A stretch of 63,837 nt of DNA, counting the filler, from Guillardia theta CCMP2712 (lineage: Eukaryota; Protista; Cryptophyta): assembly GCF_000315625.1 (NCBI RefSeq). It is 6 parts of 6 records of this genome, joined end to end, with 100 filler letters (N's around TTAATTAATTAA, not from the genome) between each part and the next. Parts side by side here need not be neighbours in the genome. Positions count along the whole stretch, not along the records: positions 39,358 to 53,795 come from NW_005434611.1; 5 more parts are not named here. One strand, given 5' to 3'. The notes under the pieces were generated by a model. It had not been told where the DNA came from and made no database searches. It saw nothing but the letters and a program-made list of their open reading frames with translations. A program made the translations under genes and the position numbers. Below are positions 40,859 to 53,795 of this stretch, piece after piece; position 1 is the first letter of the stretch; each line of letters begins with the position of its first letter.

Positions 40859-43800
40859 GTGCTTTCTTGTGCGGGAGCTTGTAGAGGTACACTCTTCCTG
40901 AGCTGTTGGTTGCCTCCTGACGGCCCTTCCTTCAAGACTGGGGGGAGGTATGGCATTGGCCTTAAGATAGAGACCGATCCCCCCCATAGGACACAGCGTG
41001 TGACTAACTTGTTCGATGCCAAGGGTCAACGAGTGGGACAGGTGAAGGTCGGAGACTTCCTGCGCATGATAGACGGACAGATAGTTGCGAGCGAGAACAT
41101 GGACAGCATCGAGAGGAAGATCCTGGGAGTGAAGAACACTACCGTTACGCTGTCGTTCCGCTGCCATGTCACCGACCAGGACTATGAAGTGACAGCTCTT
41201 CGGCATATCCCCTTTCAGACTTGGAGTGAGACGCGGAGGTGGCTGGAGATCCGAGACGATCTCTACGGCAAGGAGCTCAAGGTCGACCCTGAGGTGCTGC
41301 GGCAACTTGAGGCTATCCGAGCCCTGCTGTGCAACAAGTCTGGATATGCCAAAGACTTCTTGCTGAACGAGCTGGTTACTTTGGAATCGTTCGGGCTGGT
41401 GCTGGAGGCCCATGCCGACTCGAAGTCTCCTTCACATCGGATCTCAAAGATCCTTCCTGGCAGCCCAGCCTTCATGACCGGGAAGCTCATGGAGGGGGAC
41501 GAGGTTGTGGCGATCGACGGGGTTCAGATTGAGGACAGGAGCATCCAGCCGCTGCTGATGAACAAGGGGCTGATCGGTTCGAGCATCGTCCTGTCGGTCA
41601 AACGAGGTTCAAACCAGACCGTCAAGGTTGCTGTCTTCCCAGTATGGCAGAGAGGCCTCAAGTTCATCGAGACGTTCTTGGCGTCCATCGACTCCCTGCA
41701 GGAGCTGGTCAAGAGCAAGGCCACAGAGGACGTTCTTTGTAGCGCCATCGAAGCATTGATCTCTCAGGTGGTGCAGTTCAGCGGTGAGAACAGTAATCTA
41801 CAGCTGAAATTGTCAAAGCGCCTGTTTGAAATGCAGAGATCGGTGATAACATGCGTGAACAAGACTGAGTCGTTGATCCATCCCAGCCCTCTCTCTGATC
41901 TGAGGCAAAGAATCGACTCTCTACAGAATGACAACCAGAATTTGAGCTCCGAGTACGATAGAATGAAGAAAGAGTTTGACGAGCTCTCCTCGACCCATCG
42001 ACAATTGACCGGAGTTGTCAATAAGAAGGACACGCAGATTCAGAACTTGGAGCTTGAAAATCAACTGCTCAACACTAGGATACGGGAGTTGAATATTTCT
42101 TTTGAAGGGTTTGTCAGTCAAGATGAACATGTCAGGCTTGAGAAAGAGAAGAGACAGGCAGAAGCCACCATCGCAGACCTGCAGACGATCCTGCAGGAAC
42201 TCAACTCAAAACTTCGATCCCTCAGCTCTGAATCGCAAACTTTGGAGCAGTCAGCAACGTCGTCGCAGATATCCAAGGTGCACCTTGATGAAACAGTCAA
42301 ATCAGTCGAGCAATACGTAGAGAAGTGCAAGCAGAGCAACGCCGAGCTGCACGAGCTGCTGGATCGCGAGAAGGAAGCAAGGATGGGGTTGTTGAAAGAG
42401 CTGGAGAAGGCGGAGATAGGCTTGAATACCTCGAGAGAGAACATGAAAGAGATGCAGAAGAAGATGAAGTCGGAGGTAGAGAAGCACTCGGAGACCGTAG
42501 CCACCTGCCAGAAAGCAGAGGCCAGAAAGCGCTACCTCGAGATTCAGCTGGGAGTTGCCAGCGCCAGGTCGGAAGACCTGCTGTCTCAGCTGGTCGCCAT
42601 ACAGTCGCAGCTCTCACTGAGACGAGGAGAGTTGGAATCTAGTTTCGAGGCGTACCATGGCAACCTGGCAGAAGCGAGGCAGAGCATGTCAAGTCTGCAG
42701 CAGAGGAGCAAGGTGTCCAAAGAGGTGATCGAGAACCTCCGTCAGCAGATGCAGAACCTGGTCGCCAAGGAGCAGCTGGACAATGTCACTGCCGAGCTGA
42801 AGAGCACAAAAGAGAGGGAGAGCTTGAGGATGAAGGAGCTGACCGCTGCGCGAGAGGAGATCAGTCAGCTGAACGGCAGCCTCCTGCAGAGCAAGTCCGA
42901 GTCCAGGCTGGTGAAGACTGAGAGCGAGACGTACCAGCAGGAGATCGCTTCCCTCCGGAAGAGGCTAGAGGAGTCGACGAGGCAGATCGAGACCTTGCGG
43001 GAGGAGCTTGAAAGTGAGAAGAGCACGAGGATGGAGACTGTCCCCAAGGCAGAGCTGCATGCGGCTCAGGCTGAACTGAGGACGTTGAAGGAGAGGATCA
43101 AGGAGCAAGGTTCTTGTTTGTGCTTGTTGCCCGACTTCTCTGAGCCTTGCATGCAGAGAATGAGATGTCCTCCCTCAACAAGACCATCACCCAGCAGCAG
43201 GCTGCCTCTGACAGGAGCGCCAAGGAGTTTGAGGTGCACAGGAGCGCTCTGCAGGAGAAGCTGAACGCCATGGTCAACAAGAGTCTGACGCTGGTGGAGA
43301 GGTCCGAGGTCGAAGAGTTGTCGAGGCAGCTGACGGAAGTCCGCAAGACTTTGACGGTCAAGGTGAACCAGGTGGAAGTGAAGGAGGAGGAGATCGCGAC
43401 CCTGCAAGGATCTCTGGAGCAGACCAAGCAGAAGTTGAACAACTCAGTGGAGAGGATGTCTAGGATGATCGAGAGAGACGAGCACGAGAGCTTGCGGTCA
43501 GAGCATGAGAAGGCAACGGTCAAGTGCGACAAGCTCAGGGCGCAGTGCGAGGAGCTTGAAGCTGAGAAGAAGAAGCAGGTGGAGGAGCTTACAGCTGTCC
43601 GCAGAGAGCTCGAGGCGCTCAACGTGTCCGTCCTGGAGAAAGTGCCGAGACAAGATTGGCTGAGAGCCCAGGAGGAGTGTGAGCTGGCCAAGAACGAGCT
43701 GGGGACCGTGCGCAGGCAGACAGAGCTGCTTGAGAAGGAGGTGCTGTCGCTCAGGTCGACGTTGAAGCACTCGGTGTCAGAGGCCGAGCACAGGAGGGAG

Positions 43801-45105
43801 CAGGAGGAGGCGTCGGGCTTGAGGAACCAGCTGAATGCGCTGAAGAGAGACATGAGGAACGTTGGGCTGTCCGATCCTGTCTTCCTGGAGTTCCAGTCTC
43901 TGATCCGAGATCGAGCTCACGTCTCCGTCCCAGAGCTGATGAGGCTGGTAGAAGCTCTGCTGCGCGAACCCTCCTACTCCTTGGACGAGCTAGTGGAGCT
44001 TGTGTCCTTCGCCAAGACTCTCCCCGTCGTCAGGATCTGCGACCTACAGAAGTTCCTCGAGTTTGTCAAGGAGAGCGGGAGGGAATTAAAGGAAATCCGG
44101 GAGATGATTGAGATTGCTGGATCTCCCGATCGGTGGAGTGTCCAGGACATTTGTAGGATCCGGTCTGTGATGTTGTGCTCTAAGGAGTACACGTTCGAGG
44201 AGCTCGAGCAGCTGTTTGTGGAGTTCTCAAGGATGGAGGAAGTCAGGGCGTTGAAGCAAAGCAAGGAGGATGCGGTGCTGTCGCAACAGGACCTGACGGC
44301 GGAGCTCCAAGTCGCGAACGCGAGGGTCAGCCATTACGAGGAGATGGTGGGCAGCCAAGCTATGGAGATACAAGACCTGCAGCACAAGCTCGTTCCTCCG
44401 CCTCCCACCATCCTCATCTACGACGATACGTTCCCGCTCCAGGTCACGATCAAGACTGACTGCGCCTCTCACTCCATCTACTACACCACCGACAACAGCC
44501 TCCCCAGCAGCGCCAACTGCCATGGCAGCGGGGTCGGCCGGCTGCAGTTCAAGCTGGAGGGGAACGCGATTGTCCGAGCGGTGGCTAAGAATCGGTTCGG
44601 GTACGTGAGCCACGAGGAGGTTAGGGAGGTGGAGAAGGAGGCGAAGGGCATGGGAGGGGTCGGGATGCTCCTTGAGCACACGACCAGCACGCGGGACGTT
44701 CATGTCCGAGAGATCATCCCCGACAGCTCCGCCGATCGGTCAGGAGCGATCAGTGTGGGCGACGTTCTGCTCAGTGTCAACGGGTTGTCTGTGGGAGGCA
44801 AGCGGCTAGCAGAGATCTTCAGGATGATCCAGGGGCCTGAGGGAACTTCGGTGACCTTGAGCATGAGGAAGAGCAGCGGGAAGCAAGTGTACTCGGTGAA
44901 CCTTGCCCGGCAGGGCAGCGACGAGCTCTTCTTGTCGCAAGACTGCAGCAGCTCCAAGGTCTCGTCCCAGCGCAACCATGATGGAAGCTTTGTACAGTCC
45001 CCAGCTTCCTCCGGCCCAGAGATCGCAAGCCTCGGGTCCAAATCTGGCGCGATGAGTCGAAATATCAACTCAAGTTTGAGCTCGCTCTTGAAGGTGAGAG
45101 AATGA
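40859..45105 (+). CDS. PDZ-PDZ-long coiled coil-Fn3/CHB_HEX_C-like-PDZ protein
   Basis: PDZ motifs YGIGL..VKVGDFLRMIDG, FGLVL..ISKILPGSPA..EGDEVVAIDG and GGVGMLL..IIPDSSADRSGAISVGDVLLSVNG; IYYTTDNSLP..IVRAVA. In-phase intron 43110-43156. The true start is probably in an upstream exon. Confidence 0.85.
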
Positions 45106-45177
45106 GCGAAGAGGAGGAAAGGAGAGCAGGCAGGAGGGGGGGAAAGATGAGAGCGAAGAAAGAACACAAACGAATGA

Positions 45178-45289
45178 CAGGGCAGGGCAGGGCAGGGCAG
45201 GGCAGGGCAGGGCAGGGCAGGGCAGGGCAGGGCCAGGGCAGGGCAGGGCAGGGCAGGGCAGGGCAGGGCAGGGCAGGGCCAGGGCCAGG
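45178..45289. repeat. (CAGGG)n microsatellite
   Basis: Seen directly. Confidence 0.95.
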
Positions 45290-45523
45290 GAGGTAGCGGC
45301 AGCGCGTAGGACAGGAACGGGGTTTTCTGTTGCTGATTCATCTGACAGGGGAACGATGACGGGGCGAAGGCAAACGGCGCTAACGAGGAGCTGCTGGAGG
45401 GAGTGGATGGGCCAGGTATCTACGTCTGCTGTACACAGACAGGACAGGCAGAAGAATGTCTTGTTGCCATGTGAAGACACGAAATACCATCAGGAACGCG
45501 TGCCTGTCAACAAACTGATACAT

Positions 45524-47002
45524 TCAAGGCACCCCCGGCCCTCTTGCTCTCAGTCCACCATGCTGAACGTCACTCATACTGCTACATTCTTTCAAGTCTG
45601 CAGCGTCTTCACCCCGACACCCGTCGAACTCCAAATCTTCTGCAGCGAGCAAGTCAAGATTGGAGGGTGGGGGAAAAGGGAGGAAGCGGGAGCATCTCGT
45701 TACCTGGGTGATCTTCTGCTGTCGGAGAGACCTGCTTATGACCCCATCCTCTGAGAGGATGTTAACCTTGTCCATGCTCCCCTTGGCCGCAAGGATCTCA
45801 AGGCACTGCACTGAAGTCACTCGACCATGGCAGAGCCTCCGGCGCCCCTCCTACCTCCACCGGGCCCTCAAAGATCCCAGTCGACATCCCCGCGTCTACC
45901 CGCCAGATCTCCCTCCCCTCAGGCGTTACAAGGCAGTTGACTCCCTCGAACTGCAGCAGAGTAAGAAGGAAGAGCGAGCAAGGCCATTCAGCAACCTGCG
46001 GTGTGTGTCCTATCACCATTCTAGATACGTGAAGTAGTCTCATGGTACAGTCAGCAGCTGACAAGGTGAAGGGGTCGACAGTGTTGGCGGTAGCAAACGC
46101 CCGGTGCCATATCGGGGAGAACTGCGGGTTACATTCCAGCAGCCATGGCTTCATTGAATCCTCTCCTGCCAGCCAGTTCGACGTCTCGTCGTTCAGCCGC
46201 TGCAGGCCATACACCACGGCTTCCGGCATCAGTCCTCCTGGAGGGCAAGGTCAAGGCGGAGGGAGAGGAGGGAGAGGGAGGGTCGGCTACCGTGACAGAA
46301 GACGGTGTCTCCGATGACGACACACACGGGCCAGGTCGACAGGGTCTTGCTCAGCGTTCCGTGTCCTCTCCTGAGGGCGTTGACTCTGCCGTGCATGTAC
46401 TTGGGCAGAGCGTGGATCGCGACCTGCTCCGCCTCATACGCTGCGCTCCCCCTGCCGCCGTCCTCCAGCTCCCACCCCGCCCATGCAGCAGGGTCGACGT
46501 AACGGAAGTCCAGCTGCACGTTCATGACCTCGTGGTTCCCCAGCAGGCAGATCACGTCTCCTCCCGAGGCCCGAGCTTGCTCTTGCAGTTTGATCAGCAG
46601 CCGCATACACCAGTAGTCGTTGGGCCCCCTATCCAGCACATCTCCCAGCTGCACCAGGACCGAGTCTTTCCCTATCCAGTTCCCCCGATCATCGATGAGG
46701 TGGGACATGTGCAGGCTAGTCGCAAGCGCTCGAACGTCGCCATGGATGTCCCCTAGGGCAATGATCCGCTTTGGTCGGTCATAGTAAGTCTTGAGTAGGC
46801 CGGGATGGTGCGATTGCTGCGCTGCAGAGCAAACAATTCTCGCTAGACCTGCTACGAAAGCCTTCCTTTGTGAGCAAGAGTTGTCTGCCGGTGATGTTAT
46901 CAGCCTCGATGTTGAAACCTTCAGTTGTAGGGAATTGACATGAAACGACGATACACCGCCGAGTGTACAGAAGACTAGTACCCATAAAGTTGTACTGCGC
47001 AT
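45524..47002 (-). CDS. Shewanella-like protein phosphatase (SLP, PPP-family metallophosphoesterase), probably plastid-targeted
   Basis: GDIHGD, QLGDVLDRG, LLGNHE, FCHG, MVIGHTPQ, RVDAGMS. N-terminal signal peptide ending VSS|F followed by an S/T-rich transit-like region. Confidence 0.9.
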
Positions 47003-48254
47003 GTTGGTAGGAGAAACCTTCCTACCAAGAGTTATGAAATCCTGATCCTTGCAAAACTCCCGCGACGAATGTCCAAAATAAATGATTTTTGCTCAAAAAT
47101 TGCCCCGAGGAATACAATCTGTTAGAACAGAAGTTAAACCAAGAACGCCGATGCTATTTCTTCTGAATTTCATATGATAATCATGATCATTCATCATTAT
47201 TCTATGATCTGCGGACAACTTGCAACATCTGGCCATGTTTGAATGTTTGTTCTCGGAATATCGTTCAAACCATTGTTGTCATTTCTCTTGTCTCTCTGGC
47301 TACTCCCGCAAGTACCGATCACTCTCTTTCATGCATCTTCTTGTCCTGACCTATCCTGACATGAACTGCGCTGTATCATCATCCTTCCCTCCCTTCTCCC
47401 CCCTCCTCCCTTCCCCCCCCCCCCCCAGCCATCTCTTCCTTGCACTGTGAACGATCGCATCGCTCCCACCCCTACCCCCTGTGGCGTCGTACTATTCCCT
47501 TTCTCGATGATCTCATTACCCTACCCCCTATAGGCCAGATATTTGTACCTAATTTGATTATGAATCAGGGGGTATCTTCATCACCCTACCCCATGAAATC
47601 CACGGAAATAGTACCCTGACCCTGCATGCAGACGCAATGGACCGGTGCTGCCAAGCTACAGCCCGTGCACTTTTTAAAACAATTGTTTTACGTTTCAATG
47701 AAATGAAATAATTTGAATTTATTCCCTCTAGTTTTCTCTTACAAAGAACTTTTTGCGTGTCCATTCTTCAAATCTGAACTAGCACCATGGCCGGGTCGTG
47801 CTCAGTTTAAGTCCTTTCGGAGGATCCGATCGCGCCGCCCGGCGGCCCGGTGCACGACCCCGAGTCACTATCATGACTGATCCTGACATTGGACCTGACC
47901 GTGCAGTGGCGGCCGGCCGCCCGGCTGTACTACGGTACACCGGGTCCCTCATCCCGACAGCGGCGCCGCCGGGATGATTCTGCCGCCGCGCACCTCGCGG
48001 CCTCGGACGGTCAGCCTGATCGGACACTGAGCGCCGCAGCGGCCGCCCCGGTAACTTGCCCTGCTCGGCCAGGCACGCTGCGCCCGGCGGGCCGTACGGT
48101 CTCTGGCCTCCAGCCGCCGCCCGGGCGACCGCCGCATTGTTATGGCCAGTGATCGTTGTGATAAAAAGAAGACAGAAGTTTGAATTTGGTTTATAACTTA
48201 CTACAGTAGCATGAACGTGCACGCCGGTAAACTTTTCACACTACAAGGGTGAAC

Positions 48255-50162
48255 TTAATCCGAGGAGCTGGATTTCTTCTCTTTGTCTGAGGATTCAGCG
48301 TTCTCCTTAAAAATCGAGATGTCAGCTAGTTCAGAACGAATCGACAGAAGCATGATCAAAGCTCACAGATTTCTTCTCGGACGAACGCTCAGATTTCTGC
48401 TCGACAGAGCTGGAGGACGAGGAGGCTGATTCTGACTTGGATTTCTCGCCATCGGAGGTCTTGCGGGCGGCATCCTTCTCACCTGCCTTCTCCTCTCCCT
48501 TGACTTCAGCTTTCTCTCCAGACTTTGCCTCGGACTTCTCTCCGGACTTAGCTTCGGCCTTTTCTTCGGTCTTAGTTTCCGATTTTTCTCCGGACTTGGT
48601 TTCCGTTTTCTCTCCCTTTACTTCAGCTTTCTCTCCGGACTTTGCCTCAGACTTCTCTCCCGCCTGTGCACCCAGTAGCGGTCAGAACCGAGCCAAGGTG
48701 TGTTGCGAATTGAAAATGAAACTGAAATCAGGTCATGTAATCACTGTTACCTCCTTGGTTCCTTCCTTGGTAGCAGATGAGGACGAAGACGAGGAACTGC
48801 TCTGCTTGTTGTCGCTGTTGGAGGTAGTGTTGCGCACCTACAGGGAGACAGGATCACAACACAACTGATGGAAGCCCGAAATGACGTGCCTTCGAATCAG
48901 CAGACAAGGTCTGCGATGAAGTCAGAAATAATGGTCACGGACACGCTCTCAACTCTCTACCTCAGTCTTCTTCTCCGACTGCTCGACGGCCTTCATGCCC
49001 TGGAGGGATGTATTGGACTTGTTGCGCATGGGATGTAAAGACATACCTCCTTCAAGTTGGACTGGTTGCTCTGGGCAGAAAGAGCACCAGCCCTTGATGC
49101 ATTGCCTTCGCCTCCAGCACTCTGTCCCGCACCCTCAACGGCCTATCATCCGGTCACATGGCTTGGCCTGAGACACAGAGACGACGGCGGCACTTACTCT
49201 TGTTGCAGTCTCGTTGGATCCTACTGCAAGACGAGCAATGAGAGGAGCAATAAACAGAAAGGGGAGAGCTTCTTCACCTGTGACGTTGCTGCTGTTCCTC
49301 GAGCTCAGCCATGAGTACCCGCGGCGGAAGAGGCTGAGGCCACCGAACCTGGTGTGAGATCGTCCAGCCATGCCCTGCCAGGAGGAGAAAGGTCAGATGA
49401 CAAGCGAGCTGGTGCAGGACAAGACACGGACCCTGTACTGGTCGATCATCCTTTGCCTACGACCAAAGCTGCTCAGACGCTTGTTCACCTACAGAAACGG
49501 TCCTTGCTTCAGAACATGCATGACCAGGGCAGTGATTAACAATTTTTGTTGTCTACCTCATCATCAGACTCCTGTCCAACCCTGCGGCGAGTGTCGGTGG
49601 AGTTGCTTGAGGATTTCTTGTACTCGATGCTGGACTTGAGGCTGTCCAGTTGATCTACAGCCTTCATGATCTCTCCCCTCGCTTCCTCCTTCTGCTCCTC
49701 GCTCGGGATAGACTTCTGAAGTCCTTGCTGACGCTTAGCAATGCTCGTGATAGGTCCAGAGAATGCAGAGACGCCAGCAGCTCCGATCGCTGCTCCTGCG
49801 GCGGCGGCACCGGCAGTCATAAAAGCGCTTCCAGGCTGCATGTGCCCTTGCATGCCCCCATGCTGGCTGAACATTCCGGGGTTCATGCCATGGGAGTGCA
49901 TGCCTGAGCTCATTCCAGGATGCATGCCTCCTTGAGGACTGAAGCTCGAGCCTGGTCCCATCCTCCTAGGTCCAAAACCACCTGAACTTTCACCGAACCT
50001 AGACTGGAGGTTGCCCTGATACATCCTGGAGCTGTAGGGATAGGACTCCCTCCTTCTCCCGAAGACGGCTTCTCTGTTCACAGGAAGCCCTAGTCGGCCT
50101 CCTGCCGCCATCGCTGCCGTAGCAGCCAGCACCAGCGCTCTTGCCACGTGTCTCCCGCCCAT
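48255..50162 (-). CDS. Hypothetical secreted/membrane protein, multi-exon, with a G/M/H-rich N-terminal region and C-terminal EKSE-type repeats
   Basis: ORF 49536-50162 has a signal-like N-terminus. The minus strand of 48480-48660 encodes repeated GEKSEAKS-like units. 3' boundary approximate. Confidence 0.5.
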
Positions 50163-51296
50163 GGCCGGTCACCCGCGATGGAGGTACCCCCACCCAGACA
50201 GCCTTTTGTTTCCACACACCGGTGCGTGATGTACCCCTACCCTGCTTTTCCCTTCCAATCACTATGATAGTACCCTCACATTTCATGTGTATGTAGGGTG
50301 GGTAAGAAGATGTACCCACGTCATTCTCTCTAGGGGCACCCCAGCTAGCGCCAATACCTACCCTTTTGAGTATTGCTGGGATACAAGGGGTGGGGTACCC
50401 ATCACACCCCATCGTTTATCTTTTTGGTAGTGATAATCACGGGGTAGGGTAATGACCTCTCAGGAACCCCTGACCCCTACCTAGTCTACCCCTATCATCC
50501 GGTACCTCGTCAGTTGGGGTAGTCGTGTGGGTACGGTACACTACCCCCACCATACATTTACCACATTACTACCCCTCATATGAAGGCAAGATTTTGGGAT
50601 GGACCCCACCCTCAAGTCTTGGATGTTCACAGTAGCCAAACCGATCAGAATTTTACTACCAAGTATACGTAAAATAATTTATATTTCAGACCTTCAGTAT
50701 CAATTCTTGGGTTCAATTACAATATTAAAGTGAATATATCAAAATTTTTACACTAAATACTTTATTAAATCTCTTGGGGGTACTGTGCGATCCACATGTA
50801 ATTTGTACCTGAAGAAGTATTTTTACATTCAATTAATAAGATGCGGCACTGGCGACTCAGTGACTCAGTGGCGGTCGGATTGCGGCGGCCCGGCCCACCG
50901 CGCTGGCCGGGCGTCCGCCCCGTACTGATTTTTATCTTACTAAAAGTTAACTTTGAGTAGCGCTGTGGGGTTGGGTCGGGCCGGGGTGGGGGGGAGGGAA
51001 GTGCCGGGCCCATCGGGTAAACCTTCCGAAGCCTATGTTCAGTGCGCGAGCGGCGGCAAGTCGAATCATGGCACTGATAGCGGGCTAGCAACAGCCCAGT
51101 GTACGGATAAGTTCTGAGTCTCAGACTGTGAACTTGAACTCGAGCGTCGGAATCTCTCGGAGTCGGCAGTGGTTGATTTTTCAAAGAATAACAAACAATT
51201 TCCTCCCTCCCTCCCTCCCTCCAGAGGCTCGGTCCGTCCTTTCCCTAGACTAGGCTGCCGCCGCCCGATGCACTGCCCGGAGTCCCTCACCTACAG

Positions 51297-53795
51297 CTAG
51301 GCCGCATCGTTGAGTGCTAAGAGAAGTTGGCTGGAGAGCTTGAGGAGGGTCGCGACCATGGCTTCATCCTCCTCCGCAGCGACTTGAAGCTTCTTGACCT
51401 GAGTAAGAGGATGGAGGGCGTGTGAGAGAGAGGCAGTTGAAGGGAGCCAAGGGAGGGAGAGGCAGTTGAAGGGAGCCAAGGGAGGGAGAGGCAGTTGAAG
51501 GGAGCCAAGGGGGAGAGAGGCAGTTGAAGGGAGCCAAGGGGGAGAGAGGCAGTTGAAGGGAGCAGAGGCAGTTGAAGGGAGCCAAGGGAGGGAGAGGCAG
51601 TGGTAGGGAGTCGACCGGTGTACCTGCCATGACTGTTTGTCGACGGAGTCAAACTGCTGGGCTTTCCACTCCTTCTGGATGTTGTCCAGCTCCACCTGGG
51701 GGAGGGTGGGTGAACGAGCTGAGTCCAGCTGAAGGGGAGGAGAAGCTCAGCTGTAGGTTCACCTTGGCCTGCACGAGTTCCTCGTTGCTCTGCTGAAGTT
51801 TCTCCAAGTTCGACCGGTTCTCCTCCTCCAGCGCCTGCTCGCGACATGAGCAGCCGTCCTGGTCCTGCCCCACCTCCCTCTCGGGGGAGGGGGAGAGAGA
51901 CAGAAACGAGATGGGGATTTGGAGGGGCAGAGGTGGGATGGGGAAGAAGCGAGGAGAGAAGGGGGGGAGAGGGGGGGGTAGGGGGGAGGGGGAGGGGAGG
52001 TAGTCCNNNNNNNNNNNNNNNNNNNNNNNNNNNNNNNNNNNNNNNNNNNNNNNNNNNNNNNNNNNNNNNNNNNNNNNNNNNNNNNNNNNNNNNNNNNNNN
52101 NNNNNNTCCCCCCCCCCCCCCCTCCCCTCCCTCGCTCCCACCAGCGACTTCTCCTGCAGGATCTCTTCGATGCGGTTGTAGTCGGCGATGGCTCGGTCTC
52201 GCTCCTCCTGCTCCTGCTTTCAGCCCAGCAGGAGGAACATCTCAGCAGCACTGACCGTTAAGGTTTCAACACTTTGGTTCGAATTTGAAATCTGCAGATA
52301 AGTAAGTTTTGCCCTTTCCGTCCTCTCCCTCTCCCATTCTCGCTCCTTTCCTCCCTACCACTTCCTGCCCTCCCCTCCAACCATTCCTCCTCCTCTCGCT
52401 CCCCCTCCTCTCTCCCATCCTTGTCCTGCTTTTCTTCTCATCTAGTCCCAGATCAAGTTCCAGCAGCAGCAACCTGCTCCTGAAGCAACGAGATCTCTTG
52501 CGTGAAGCGAGTGCGGTCACCTGGACGACGTTGAAAGTGAGTGTAAGGGAGAGAAGGAGCGCGCCAGCGAGAGGAGGGAGGGGACAGAAGAGGAAGGAGA
52601 AAACAAGTTAGCTAACGTACTTTTGTGTTGCCTCTTATAGTCCTCCAGGTCCTACGTTCAAAGAGCTCAGAACCCCCCCCCCCCCCTAGCTCGACCCCAG
52701 CTGATGTTCACCTGCCGAGCCTTCTCCAGCAGCTCGCCCGAGTACGCGCTGTCAGCGATCTGAAAGCAGTAGTGTCAAGGACTTTGACCCAAGTCATCTT
52801 GCCGCCTCGTCGCCTCCCACCTGAGACCTCAGCCGGTCACGCTCTTCGATCGCCTCCTGCAGCTGGGAAGGCGTGTGAAGGCTGGGGAGGGAAAGGTCGC
52901 AGGGGTGTAGCTGGACCCACCTGACGGGCTTGTTCTCTCATCGCCGAGTCTCTCTCCTCCACCTGCTCGATCGCCAGTCATCTACTCAGCTCTCCCATTG
53001 ACCGCTCTCTGATCTCCTCCCCATTCCCATCCCCATCCCCATCATCTTCTTGCTTTCCCTTCCCCCTACCCGCCTCCCTCCCTGACTGCGGATGAACCTC
53101 ACCTTGCCCTGCTCCGATGTCATCGATTCTACTTCCTTCTGCTTCTGCTCTAGCTTCTCCTCGAGTTGTTTGATCTGACAAGAAGCACTCATGGGTCGTC
53201 TCACAGCCACATCGCACGTCAAGTTCACCTGACTCAAGGACTCGGCGTACTTCCCCTCTGCTTCTATTCTCCTGGCGACGATGACAAAGTGAGATGCGAG
53301 GTAAACTTCTCCTCCTCCTCCTACTCCTCCTCCTCCTCCTCCTCCTCCTCTTACTTCATCTCTGCTGCAGCAAGCTGCTGGCTAGCTTCAGCGTTACCTC
53401 CCCTCTCTTCCTCCATTTCCGCCAATCTTGACTCGAGTATCTCCTTTTCTTCGATGACGGCTTCAAGGCTGCGTCAAAGTCATTCACAGCCGATGCCTGC
53501 ATGTCACTCTACGTCTTCTTCAGCTCCGAGAATTTCGACATCAACTTCTCCTTCTGGTCAGACTCCGACCTCAGAGACGAGCACAAACTCTTCAGCTCCT
53601 CCAGCTCCTCCTCCTTCTCCTTCATCGCAGACTTGTAGCCTTCGATCAACTCGTTCGCTTCCCCCCTCGCCCTCTCCTCCTCCCCGAGCAAGGTCCTTGT
53701 CTTCACCAGCTCTTCTTCCATGTGCTTCATAGCTGCTCTGCTTGCTTCGTCGGCATGCTCGGCGTCTTCAACCCGGCTCCTCTCTAACACCTGCA
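51297..53795 (-). CDS. Coiled-coil protein, multi-exon, 5' part in gap
   Basis: Exon-like E/K/L heptad segments (AMKHMEEELVKTRTLL, EEENRSNLEKLQQSNEELVQAK) separated by purine-rich introns. Confidence 0.55.
51428..51600. repeat. ~29-bp intronic minisatellite GAGAGGCAGTTGAAGGGAGCCAAGGGRGR
   Basis: About 6 copies seen directly. Confidence 0.9.
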
